Assembly: GCA_963700145.1 (NCBI GenBank)
Contig: OY969474.1
Span: 4,576,001 to 4,640,000, forward strand
Direction: 5' to 3'
Source of the DNA: an uncultured Acidobacteriota bacterium
GTDB taxonomy: Bacteria; Acidobacteriota; Thermoanaerobaculia; Multivoradales; UBA5704
DNA length: 64,000 nt
Part shown: piece by piece, positions 1-9,306 of the stretch
Position numbering within the stretch: the stretch's first letter is position 1
Layout: each line of letters begins with the position of its first letter
Notes under the pieces: model-generated
What the model saw: the letters and a program-made list of their open reading frames with translations, nothing else
Told to the model about the DNA's origin: nothing
Database searches by the model: none
Position numbers and translations under genes: made by a program

Positions 1-1165
1 CTCCGGCTACGGCTGGGGGGTGGAGGCCCTCTGGCGCGGTCTGCGCTCCGGCGAGACCCGCCTCGGACCCTTCGACGTCTTCGACCACAGCCGCCACCGC
101 ACCCACGTCGCCGCGCAGGTGCCGCCGCCCCCCGTCGCGGCCGCGAACGGCGGCCGCGAGAGCGTCGCCGACCGCTTCGCCCTCGCCGCCGCCCTCGAGG
201 CGGTGGCCCAGGCGGGGCTCGCGCCGCCGTTCGACGCGCTCGACGCCGGCCTCTGGTTCGGCAGCTCGACCGGCGGCATGCTGGAGGCCGAGCGCTTCTT
301 CGCCCGCTTCCTCGCCGAGCGCCGCGCCGCGGCGATCGGGGTCCTGACGTCGCAGGAGGTCAACGGACCCGGCGACGCCGTGGCCCGCCGGCTCGGCGTC
401 ACCGGGCCGGTGCAGACCATCTCGTCGGCCTGCGCCTCGGCGGCGCTCGCCATCGCGGCCGCCTTCGACGCGGTGCGCGCCGGCGAGGTCGAGGTGGCGC
501 TGGCCGGCGGCTCCGACTCGCTCTGCCAGCTCACCTACGCCGGCTTCAACTCGCTGCGCGCCGTCGACGAAGGCCCCTGCCGTCCCTTCCGCGCCGGGCG
601 CGAGGGGATGTCGCTCGGCGAGGGGGCGGCGGTGCTGGTGCTCGAGCCGCTCGCGGCGGCGCTCGGGCGCGGCGCCGTGCCGCTCGCCGAGGTGCGCGGC
701 GCCGGCGCCTCCTGCGACGCCCATCACATGACCGCCCCGGAGCCGGAGGGCAGCGGCGCCGCCGCGGCGCTCGCCGCCGCCCTCGCCGACGCCGGCCTGC
801 CGCCGGAGCGGATCGACTTCGTCAACGCCCACGGCACCGGCACGCCGCACAACGACGTCGCCGAGTACCGCGCCCTGCGGCGGGTCTTCGGCGAGCGCGC
901 GGCGCGCCTGCCGCTCGCCGCCACCAAGGGGCTCCTCGGGCACCTGCTGGGGACCGCCGGCGCCATCGAGGCGGTGGCGACCGTCCTCTGCCTGGCGCGC
1001 GGCGAGGTCCACCCGGTGCCGCTGGACGGCGCGCTCGACCCCGAGCTGCCGGTGGACCTGGTGACCGGGGAGCCGCGGCGGCTCGCCGCCGAGGCGGCGG
1101 TCTCGACCAACCTCGCCTTCGGCGGCTCGAACGCGGCGCTGGTCTTCGCGAGCTGGACGGGCTGA
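1..1165 (+). CDS. Beta-ketoacyl-ACP synthase (FabF/type II PKS KS-alpha-like), 5' end outside window
   Basis: Frame is open from the window edge. Active-site motifs TISSACASA (Cys), VNAHGTGT and GHLLG (His-His), and C-terminal NLAFGGSN. Confidence 0.93.
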   Translation, partial: SGYGWGVEALWRGLRSGETRLGPFDVFDHSRHRTHVAAQVPPPPVAAANGGRESVADRFALAAALEAVAQAGLAPPFDALDAGLWFGSSTGGMLEAERFFARFLAERRAAAIGVLTSQEVNGPGDAVARRLGVTGPVQTISSACASAALAIAAAFDAVRAGEVEVALAGGSDSLCQLTYAGFNSLRAVDEGPCRPFRAGREGMSLGEGAAVLVLEPLAAALGRGAVPLAEVRGAGASCDAHHMTAPEPEGSGAAAALAAALADAGLPPERIDFVNAHGTGTPHNDVAEYRALRRVFGERAARLPLAATKGLLGHLLGTAGAIEAVATVLCLARGEVHPVPLDGALDPELPVDLVTGEPRRLAAEAAVSTNLAFGGSNAALVFASWTG

Positions 1166-2401
1166 TGGCGCCGGACGGCGGGTCGGGCGGCGGAGTCGTC
1201 GTCACCGGGCTCGGCACCGTCGGGGCTTGCGGCGCCGGCGGCGCGGGCCTCGCCGCGGCGCTCGCCGCCGGCGTGCCGCCCCTGTCCGAGGTCGATCGCG
1301 CCGCCGGCTACCACCGGCCGGGGAGCGCCCGCCTCGCCTGCCTGGCGCGCGGCGTGGCGCTCGCGCCCTGGCTCGCGCCCGCCGAGGCGCGGCGGATGAG
1401 CCCGCCCTCCAAGCTCGCGGTGGCGGCGGCGCGAATGGCGCTCGCCGAGGCGGGCGCGGCGGACGCAGACGACGATGGCACGACCGCCGTCGTCCTCGCC
1501 ACCACCTTCGGCCCCTCCTCCTACACCGAGGGCATGCTCAAGCAGATCTTCCTCGACAGCCCCGAGAGCGTCTCGCCCTTCCTCTTCACCGAGTCGGTGG
1601 CCAACGCGGCGGCGGCGCAGGTGGGGATCGCCTGCCGCGCGCGCGGCCCCAACGTCACCATCGCGCAGCGCGAGGCCGGGGCGCTCCTCGCCGTCGGCCG
1701 CGGCGCCGCCGAGGTCGCCTCGGGGCGGGTGCGCCGGGCGCTGGTCGGCGTGGTCGAGGAGATGACGCCGCTGCTGCACGCCGTCCTCGACCGCTTCGGC
1801 GCGCTGGCGCGCGCCAACGGCGACGGCGAGGAGCGGGCCCGCCCGCTCGACCGCCGGCGCAACGGCTACCTGGCCGCCGAGGGCGCGACGGTGCTGGTGC
1901 TGGAGCGGGAGGAGGACGCGACGCGGCGCGGCGCCCGGCCGCTCGCCAAGGTCGCCGGCTGGGGGAGCGCCTTCGACCCCACCGCGCCGTCGCACGGCTG
2001 GGGCGAGGGGGAGGCGGGGCTCGCGCGCGGCCTCGGCCGCTCGTTGGCGCGCGCCGGCGTTGCCGCTCTCCGAGATCGAACGCATCGTCTCCGGCGCCTC
2101 GGGGGCGCGCGGCGCCGACCGCCTGGAGGCGCGCACCCTCCGCGCCGCCTGGGGCGAGGCGCCGCTGCCGCCGCTGGTGGCGCCCAAGGCGGTGACCGGC
2201 GAGCACGGCGGCGGCTTCCTCGCCGCGGCGGTGCTGGCGGCGGCCGGCGCGCCGGTGGCGGCGCCGGCCGGCTTCGCGCCCGACCCCGCGCTCGGCGTGG
2301 CGCCGGCGAACGGCGCGCCGCTCCCGGCGCCCGGCCTCACCCTGGTCACCAGCCTCGCCGCCGGCGGCGCCGCCGCCTGGCTGCTGCTCGCCTCCAAGTA
2401 G
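1165..2401 (+). CDS. Ketosynthase-like chain-length factor (non-catalytic KS partner), frameshift near 2060
   Basis: KS N-terminal domain (VVVTGLG, SPFLFTESVAN). Catalytic Cys region reads TIAQREAGA and the HGTGT position reads GASGA. C-terminal half continues in ORF 2060..2401 (APKAVTGEHGG, VTSLAAGG). Confidence 0.82.
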
Positions 2402-2415
2402 ACTCCGCCCTAGCC

Positions 2416-3102
2416 GTGCTTGCCGACACCCGGGTGGCCGCCGCGATCCCGGCCTACAACGCCGCGCCCAGCCTCGGAGAGGTGGTGCGCGGCACCCGCG
2501 CCGTCGTCCCCGACGTGCTGGTCGTGGACGACGGCTCCGCCGACGCGACCGCCGAGGTGGCGCGCGCCGCCGGCGCGCGGGTGCTCGTGCAGCCCGAGAA
2601 CCGCGGCAAGGGGGCGGCCCTCGCCCTCGCCTTCCGCACTCTCTTCGCCGACGGCTGCGGCGGCGTCGTCACCCTCGACGCCGACGGCCAGCACCTGCCG
2701 GAGGAGATCCCCAAGCTGCTGGCGGCGGCCGGCGGCGGCGCCGACCTGGTGCTCGGCGTGCGCGACCACCTGTTCGGCGAGATGAGCGCGCTGCGGCGGG
2801 CGAGCAACCGCCTCTCCTCGCGCGCCATCTCCTTCGCCGCCGGCCAGCCGCTCTGCGACATCCAGACCGGCTTCCGCTACTACTCGCGCCGGCTGGTCGA
2901 GGCGGTGGGCTTCCCCGAAGGGCGCTTCGAGGCCGAGAGCGCGGTCGTGGTGCGGGCGGCGCGGTGCGGCTTCCGCGTCGAGTGCGTGCCGGTGCGCCTG
3001 GGCTTCGCCGACGGCCGCACCTCCAGCCACTACCGGCCGCTGCTCGACTCGCTGCGCATCGCCGGCGCCGTCACCCGCGCCCGCTTCCGGGGGCGGCGGT
3101 GA
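2416..3102 (+). CDS. Glycosyltransferase family 2 (DPM1-like)
   Basis: IPAYNAA, VVDDGSAD, NRGKGAAL, TLDADGQH, DIQTGFR. GTG start inferred at 2416. Confidence 0.92.
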   Translation: MLADTRVAAAIPAYNAAPSLGEVVRGTRAVVPDVLVVDDGSADATAEVARAAGARVLVQPENRGKGAALALAFRTLFADGCGGVVTLDADGQHLPEEIPKLLAAAGGGADLVLGVRDHLFGEMSALRRASNRLSSRAISFAAGQPLCDIQTGFRYYSRRLVEAVGFPEGRFEAESAVVVRAARCGFRVECVPVRLGFADGRTSSHYRPLLDSLRIAGAVTRARFRGRR

Positions 3103-3845
3103 CGCCGGACCTTCCCGCGGGCGGCGGCGCCGTGCTGGTGACCGGCGGCAGCCGCGGCATCGGGCGGGCGATCGTCGAGGCGCTGGTGGCCGAGGGGCGG
3201 AGCGTCGCGTTCACCTGGCGCGCGCAGGAAGGTGCGGCGCGCGAGGTGGAGGCGGCCGCCGGCGGCCGCGCCCGCGCCTTCCATCTCGACTTCGCCGACC
3301 GCGACCGCCCGGACGAGCTGGTGCGCGAGGTGGAGGGATCGCTCGGGCCGCTCGACGGGCTGGTCAACAACGCCGGCGAGCGGCGCGAGGGGCTCCTCGC
3401 CCTGACCTCCGACGCCGACTGGGAGGCGGTGCTCGACGCCAACCTCTCCGGCCTCTTCCGCTGCTGCCGCGCGGCGCTGCGCGGCATGGTGGTGCGCCGG
3501 CGCGGCGCGATCGTCAACGTCTCCTCGCTCTCGGCGCTGCGCGGCGTCGCCGGGCAGACCGCCTACGCCGCCGCCAAGGCCGGCGTGCTGGGCCTCACCC
3601 GCGCCCTGGCGCGCGAGGTCGGGCGGCGCAACATCCGGGTCAACGCCGTGGTGCCCGGCTTCGTGGCGACCGAGATGACCGCCGGCGTGCCGCCCGAGGC
3701 GGTGGCGCTCCTGCGCTCCGGCGAGTGCCTGCCGGGGGGCACCACCCCCGCCGCGGTGGCCGGCGCCGTCTGCTTCCTCCTCTCCGACCGCGCCGCCGCG
3801 ATCACCGGCCAGGCGCTGGTGGTCGACGCCGGCGCCTCGGCGTAG
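3099..3845 (+). CDS. fabG: 3-oxoacyl-ACP reductase (SDR, FabG-like)
   Basis: TGGSRGIG, NNAG, YAAAK catalytic motif, VNAVVPGF. GTGA overlap with the upstream gene. Confidence 0.9.
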   Translation: MTPDLPAGGGAVLVTGGSRGIGRAIVEALVAEGRSVAFTWRAQEGAAREVEAAAGGRARAFHLDFADRDRPDELVREVEGSLGPLDGLVNNAGERREGLLALTSDADWEAVLDANLSGLFRCCRAALRGMVVRRRGAIVNVSSLSALRGVAGQTAYAAAKAGVLGLTRALAREVGRRNIRVNAVVPGFVATEMTAGVPPEAVALLRSGECLPGGTTPAAVAGAVCFLLSDRAAAITGQALVVDAGASA

Positions 3846-3856
3846 CCGGTCTCGGA

Positions 3857-6336
3857 ATGCCCCTCGCACCGTGGATCGCCCGCCGGCCGGGGTGGGTGCT
3901 GGCCGCCGGCCTCGCCGTCACCGTCGCCGCGCTCGCGGTGGCGGCGGCGCGGCTGCGGATCGAGACCGACCTCGCCGCCCTCCTGCCGCGCGACGCCCCG
4001 GCCGCGGCCGACTACCGCGCCTTCCTCGAGACCTTCGGCGGCTTCGAGAAGGTGTTCGTGGTGGTCCGCGCCGGCGGTGACGGTGTGGACGCCGGGACTC
4101 TGATCGCCGCGGCCGACCGCCTCGCCGAGCTGCTCGCCGCGAGCCCCGAGGTGGCGTCGGCGCGCTCCGGCCTGACCGAGGAGGACCAGGCCTTCTTCCT
4201 CCGCCACGTCGCGCCGCGGGCGCCGCTCCTCGCCGACCTGCCCGCCGCCGAGCTGCGGCGGCGGCTCGAGCCGGCGGCGGTCCGCGCCCGCGCGGCGGAG
4301 CTGCGTCGCCTGCTCACCACCCCGGCCGGCGGCGCCGCCGCGCCGCTCCTCGCCGCCGATCCGCTGGGCTTCGCCGAGGGGCTCCTGGAGTCGGCGCACG
4401 CCACCCTGCCGCTCGATCCGCTCTCCGGCGCCTTCCTCGCGCCGGGCCGGGACGCGGCGCTGGTGGTGCTGACGCCGGCGCGGGCGGAGATCGACCCGGA
4501 GGGCGGCCGCGCCCTCGCCGCCGCGATCGCGGCCGCCGCGGCGCGCGTGCGCCGCGAGCTGGGCGTGCCGCTCCGCGTCGAGGCCGGCGGCGGGCCGCTC
4601 TACGCGGCGCAGGACGAGGCGATCCTGCGCGCCGACCTCTCGCGCACGCTCTCGGGCTCGGTCCTCGGCGTCGCGCTGGTGCTGCTGGTCGGGTTCGAAG
4701 GGGTGATGGTGCCCGGCGCCATCCTCCTCGCGGTGACCGCGGGCGTCGTCTGGACCGGCGCCTTCGCGGCGCTCGCGGTGGGCGCGCTCACCGGCGTCGG
4801 CGTCGGCTTCACCGCCGCCCTGGTCGGGCTCGGCGTCGAGTACGGGGTCCACGGCGGCGCCCGCTTCCAGACCGCGCGCCTGGCCGGCGCCACGCCGGCC
4901 GCGGCGCTCGCGCGCGCCTTCGCCGAGGCGGGCCCCGGGATCGTCTCCTCGGCGCTCACCACCGCCGTGGCGCTCGCGGCGCTGGCGCTCTCGCACTTCC
5001 GGCCGCTGCGCGAGATGGGGATCGTGCTGACCGCCGGGGTGCTGGCGACGCTGGTCACGACCGCCACGCTCGGCGCCGCGGCCCTGGTGTTCCGACACCG
5101 GCGGGAGGTGAGCACCCGCCGGCCGGGCTCTGGCGCACCCGCGCGCAGCCGGCGGTGGACGCGCTGGTGGGCTCGCCGCGCGCCGCCCGCGCGCCGTGCT
5201 GGCGGCGGCGCTGGCGCTGTCCGTCGCGGCCGGCGCCGGGCTTTCGCGCCTCGACTTCGACGCCGACCTTCGCGCCCTCCGCCCCGCCGACCATCCGGCG
5301 CTGGCGGTCGAGCGGCTGCTCGTCGAGCGCTTCGGGCTCGGGCTCGACACCGCGACCGTCGTGGTGCGCGGCGGGGACCTCGGCGAGGCGCTGGCGCGTG
5401 CCGCGCGGGTCGAGCGCGCGCTCCGGCAGGCGCTCGGGCCGGAGCCGAAGTCTCCTCGCCTTCGGATTGGCTGGCGGCCGGCGCGGCGCGCGACGCCCGC
5501 CTGCGCCGGCTCGCCGGGTTGCCGCTCGCCCGCGCCGCCGCCGACCTCGAGCGCGAGCTGGCCGCCGCCGGCCTGAACCCGCGCGCCTTCGCGCCCGGTC
5601 TCGACGCCCTGCGGGCGCTGGCGCGCGGCGACGACCCCGGCGCCCCGGAACCCGCGGTTTGGCCGGACTGGGTGCGCGAGCTGGTGCGCGCGCCGGCGCC
5701 GGGCGGCGGCGCCGCGGTGGCGGTCAACCTCCGCCTGCCGCTCGGCGGCGAGCGCGCCGCCCGCGCCGCGGTGCTGCGGCGCTGGCGCCGCTCGGGCCGG
5801 GGATCGCCTTCGCCTCGGCGCCGCGGGTGGGGGAGGAGCTGCGCCGCCTCGCCCTCGCCGATCTCCGCCGCTCGAGCGCGGTGGCGCTGCTGCTCGTCGC
5901 CGCGGTCGTCCTCGCCTCCTTCCGCGGCCGGCCGGGCCCGTCGGCGCTCTCGGCGCTGCCGCTCGCCCTCGGCTGCCTCTGGACCTTCGGCCTCTGGGGC
6001 GCGGCCGGCCGGCCGATCGACCTGCTGTGCATCGCCACCCTCCCCGTCCTCTTCGGCACCGGCATCGACCTCGGCGTCCACGCCCTGCACACGGCGCGCG
6101 CGCACCCGCACGGCGTGGCCGGGGCGGCGCGCGAGCTGGGGCTGGCGATGACGCTGACCGTCGTCACCACCGGCATCGGCTTCGGCAGCCTCGCCTCGTC
6201 GCGGGTGCCGGGGCTGCGCAACGCCGGCTTGATCGTGGCGGTCGGGGTGGTAGCTTGCCTCCTCGCCACGCTCACCGTCCTGCCGGCCCTCGGCGCGCTG
6301 GCCCCGCGCCGGCGTGAGGGAGCGGCGCCGCCGTGA
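3857..6336 (+). CDS. MMPL/RND-family lipid exporter, several frameshifts between ~5150 and 5790
   Basis: RLRIETDLAALLP N-terminus, two TM bundles (GLGVEYGVH; GTGIDLGVH...TTGIGFGSL). Pieces lie in ORFs 3725..6151, 5196..5576 and 5155..6336. Confidence 0.85.
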
Positions 6337-7281
6337 GCGCGCGCACCCTCCGCGAGCGCCCGCCGCACGCGCCGGAGATCGGGCTGGCGCGGCGCCTGCT
6401 CGGCCGCTTCCACGTCACCGGCGTCTTCTGGTACCGCCTCCACCGCTTCGGCGTGACCGTCGTCCCCGAGCCGCTCTTCGGCCTCGGCATGCACGTCTTC
6501 ACGACCTTCTTCTGGCTCGCCCTGCGCCGCATCCGCGCCGCCATCGCCGCCAACCTCGAGCCGGTGCTCGGCCCCTGCGGCTTCTGGCGGCGGCAGGCGC
6601 GCATCTACCGCACGATCCACGAGTTCGCCTGGTGCCTGTCGGAGCGCTACGAGCGGCTGACGGGGGGGAAGGAAGCGGCGTCGGCGCTCGACGGCGAGGA
6701 GACCTGGCGCGCGGCGCTCGCCACGGGAACGGGGTTCCTGCTGCTGTCGGCGCACGTCGGCCCGTGGGAGAGCGGCTCGATGACGCCGGCGACGCGCGAC
6801 CGCCGCCGCGTCCACCTGGTGCGCGAGGGCGAGGCCCGACCCCGACGCCGACCGCTTCGTCCGCGCGCTGCTCGAAGAGCAGGCGCCGGGGCTCCACGTC
6901 ACCCATTTCGCGGACGACGACCCGCAGCTCGGCGCCGTGCTGCTCGACGCCGTTCGCGCCGGCGACATCGTCGCTCTCCAGGGCGACCGCCCGCGCGCCG
7001 GCGGCCGCACGCTCGAGGTGCCGCTCTTCGGCCGGCCGTTCCCTTTCCCGGTCGGCCCCGCGGCGCTGGCGCGCGCCGCCGGCGTGCCGATGGTGCCGGT
7101 CTTCACCCTGCGCGAGGGGCGCCTACGCTACCGGGCCCGCGTGCGGCCGCCGATCGAGGTGGCGCGCACCGCCGACCGCGAGGCCGACCTGCGGCAGGCG
7201 CTGGCGCGCTACGCCGCCGAGCTGGAGGCGGCGATCCGCGAGCGGCCGCACCAGTGGTTCCTGTTCCGCAAGCTCAGGTGA
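6333..7281 (+). CDS. Lysophospholipid/lipid A (LpxL-like) acyltransferase, frameshift near 6840
   Basis: LLLSAHVGPWE (HxxxxE), VALQGDR, FPVGPAALA, PHQWFLF. Second half lies in ORF 6937..7281. Confidence 0.87.
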
Positions 7282-8023
7282 GGAAGGCGCTGAGCGTGCC
7301 GCCGGCGTAGAGGACGCCGCCGGCTTCGACCCGCCAGTCGTAGACCGCGAGCGCGCGGGCGCCGCCGGCTGGGTGGACGGTGACCACATAGAGAGCTTCC
7401 GCCGCGAGCCACGGCTGCGGGAACGCGGCCTCGCGCACCCCGACGAGATAGCCGAGACCCGGCGCCCCTCCCGTCCCGCCCAACGCCGCCAGCGCGGCGG
7501 CCGTCTGCGCCGCCATCTCCAGGGCGAGCACGGCGGGGGCGCGGCCGTCGCGGACGAACGGCGAGCCGCCCGGCGCGACGGCGAGCGCGGCGAGGCCGTC
7601 GCCGTCGCGCGCCAGGAGGCGGCGCAGGAACAGCGCCGGCGGGCGGTGGGGAACGAGTTCCTCGACGGCCGGAAACTCCTCCGGCGAAGAACGAATCGCA
7701 GAGCCCTGATCGAGCGCGGCTTGCGCCGCCGCCGCGGCGGTCTCCTCGATCCTCGCCGCGCCGTCGCTCACCCGCTCCTCACCCAGCTGCAGCTCGAACC
7801 GCACTTCGTCGTCACCGACCGCCGCGAGCCGCACTTCGGGCTCCTCACCCGGCCCCACCGCCCGCCGGAAGCGCACCCCGCGCAACGCCGCGAGACGCAT
7901 CTTCCGCCCGGCCTCCCGCGACAGCGCCGCCTCGACGAACGCAAGCTGCGCCACCCCCGGCAGCACCGGGCGCTCCGGGAAATGACCGGCGAAGAACCGC
8001 TCGAGGTCCCGCGCCGCGATCAG
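7274..8023 (-). CDS. Fused double hot-dog 3-hydroxyacyl-ACP dehydratase (ApeI-like plus ApeP-like); start uncertain
   Basis: N-domain FFAGHFPERPVLPGVAQL; C-domain LVPHRPPALFL...LEMAAQ...GYLVGVR. No ATG/GTG near the expected start. Confidence 0.78.
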   Translation of the reverse strand: MIAARDLERFFAGHFPERPVLPGVAQLAFVEAALSREAGRKMRLAALRGVRFRRAVGPGEEPEVRLAAVGDDEVRFELQLGEERVSDGAARIEETAAAAAQAALDQGSAIRSSPEEFPAVEELVPHRPPALFLRRLLARDGDGLAALAVAPGGSPFVRDGRAPAVLALEMAAQTAAALAALGGTGGAPGLGYLVGVREAAFPQPWLAAEALYVVTVHPAGGARALAVYDWRVEAGGVLYAGGTLSAFLT

Positions 8024-9306
8024 GATGACGGGCTCGCGGCGAGCAGCGAGAACCCCGGCCGCCGCCGCGTGATCGCCACCCGCCGGTGTAGCGCCACGAT
8101 GAGGTCGAGGAGCCGCAGGCGCCAGCGGACGGCGGCGATCGGGCGCGGGAAGACGTGGCCGGCGAGCACCGAGATGACCGCCCGGTGCATGGCCAGCGGC
8201 CCGAGGGCGTCGAGGAAGATGTCGCGGAAGGCGGGGTCGTAGTAGAGGTGGACCATGCGGAAGAAGGGCGCGGAGCTGTCGCGCACGAAGCGGACGTAGC
8301 GGCGGCGCACCGCCTCGGCCCGCGCCGTGCCGCGCAGGATCGCGGCGATGCCGCGCGCCGCCTCGGCGGCGCTCAGCATGCCGAGGCAGACGCCGGTCGA
8401 GAAGATCGGATCGACGAAGGTGGCCGCGTCGCCGGCCAGGAAGTAGCCGGGGCCGGCGTAGGGCTCGCAGCGGTAGCTGAAGTCGGCGGCGACGGCGTTG
8501 GCGGCGGGGAAGACGGCGCCGGCGGTGCGCTCGGCGAGGAGCGGCGTGCGGCGGATCGCCCAGGCGAGCATCTGGTTGGCCGGCACGCCGGTCGAGCGCG
8601 CGGCGTCGGCGTCGATCACCAGGCCGATGCTGGTGCGCTCCGCGTCGAGCGGGATGAGCCAGAACCACCCCTCGTCGCACATCACGATCACGATGTAGCC
8701 GCCTTCGATCCCGGGCTTCCGCCAGACCCCGGAGAAGTGCCCGAAGTAGGCGACGTTCTTCGGCCGCGGCAGCACGCGCCGTGTCTGGAGGTGGCGCCCG
8801 ACGACCGTCCCCTGGCCGCTGGCGTCGATCAGCCAGCGGCCGCGCACGCTGCGGCCGTCGTCGAGCGCGACGGCCACGTCGCCGTCGGCGAGCCGCAGCA
8901 CCGACCGTACCGCCACGCCTTCGACCACCTCGGCGCCGGCGTCGCGCGCCGCGGCGAGGAGCATGGCGTCGAACGGCGCGCGCTCGATGTTGACGGCGCT
9001 GACCTCCCCCGGCGCCAGCCCCTGGTCGAAGACGATGGAGTTCGACTCGCTGCCGTCGCCCATGCCGAACTCGGCGCCGAACTTGGGGACGTGGGGGATC
9101 GCCGCCAGCCGTTCCTCGAGGCCTAGCTCGCGGATCAGGCCCATGTTGCGCGGCAGGAACGACTCGCCGATGTGGAAGTGGGGGAAGGTGGCGCGGTCGA
9201 CGACCAGCGCCGTGAGGCCTTCGCGGCGGAGGGCGAGCGCGGCGGTGGCGCCGGCGGGGCCGCCGCCGATGACCAGGGCGTCGTAGAGCTCGGAAGGAGT
9301 GCTCAT
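8020..9306 (-). CDS. FAD-dependent oxidoreductase, flavin-dependent halogenase family
   Basis: VIGGGPAG, FPHFHIGES, GWFWLIP (WxWxIP), GDAATFVDPIFSTGV. Confidence 0.88.
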   Translation of the reverse strand: MSTPSELYDALVIGGGPAGATAALALRREGLTALVVDRATFPHFHIGESFLPRNMGLIRELGLEERLAAIPHVPKFGAEFGMGDGSESNSIVFDQGLAPGEVSAVNIERAPFDAMLLAAARDAGAEVVEGVAVRSVLRLADGDVAVALDDGRSVRGRWLIDASGQGTVVGRHLQTRRVLPRPKNVAYFGHFSGVWRKPGIEGGYIVIVMCDEGWFWLIPLDAERTSIGLVIDADAARSTGVPANQMLAWAIRRTPLLAERTAGAVFPAANAVAADFSYRCEPYAGPGYFLAGDAATFVDPIFSTGVCLGMLSAAEAARGIAAILRGTARAEAVRRRYVRFVRDSSAPFFRMVHLYYDPAFRDIFLDALGPLAMHRAVISVLAGHVFPRPIAAVRWRLRLLDLIVALHRRVAITRRRPGFSLLAASPSS

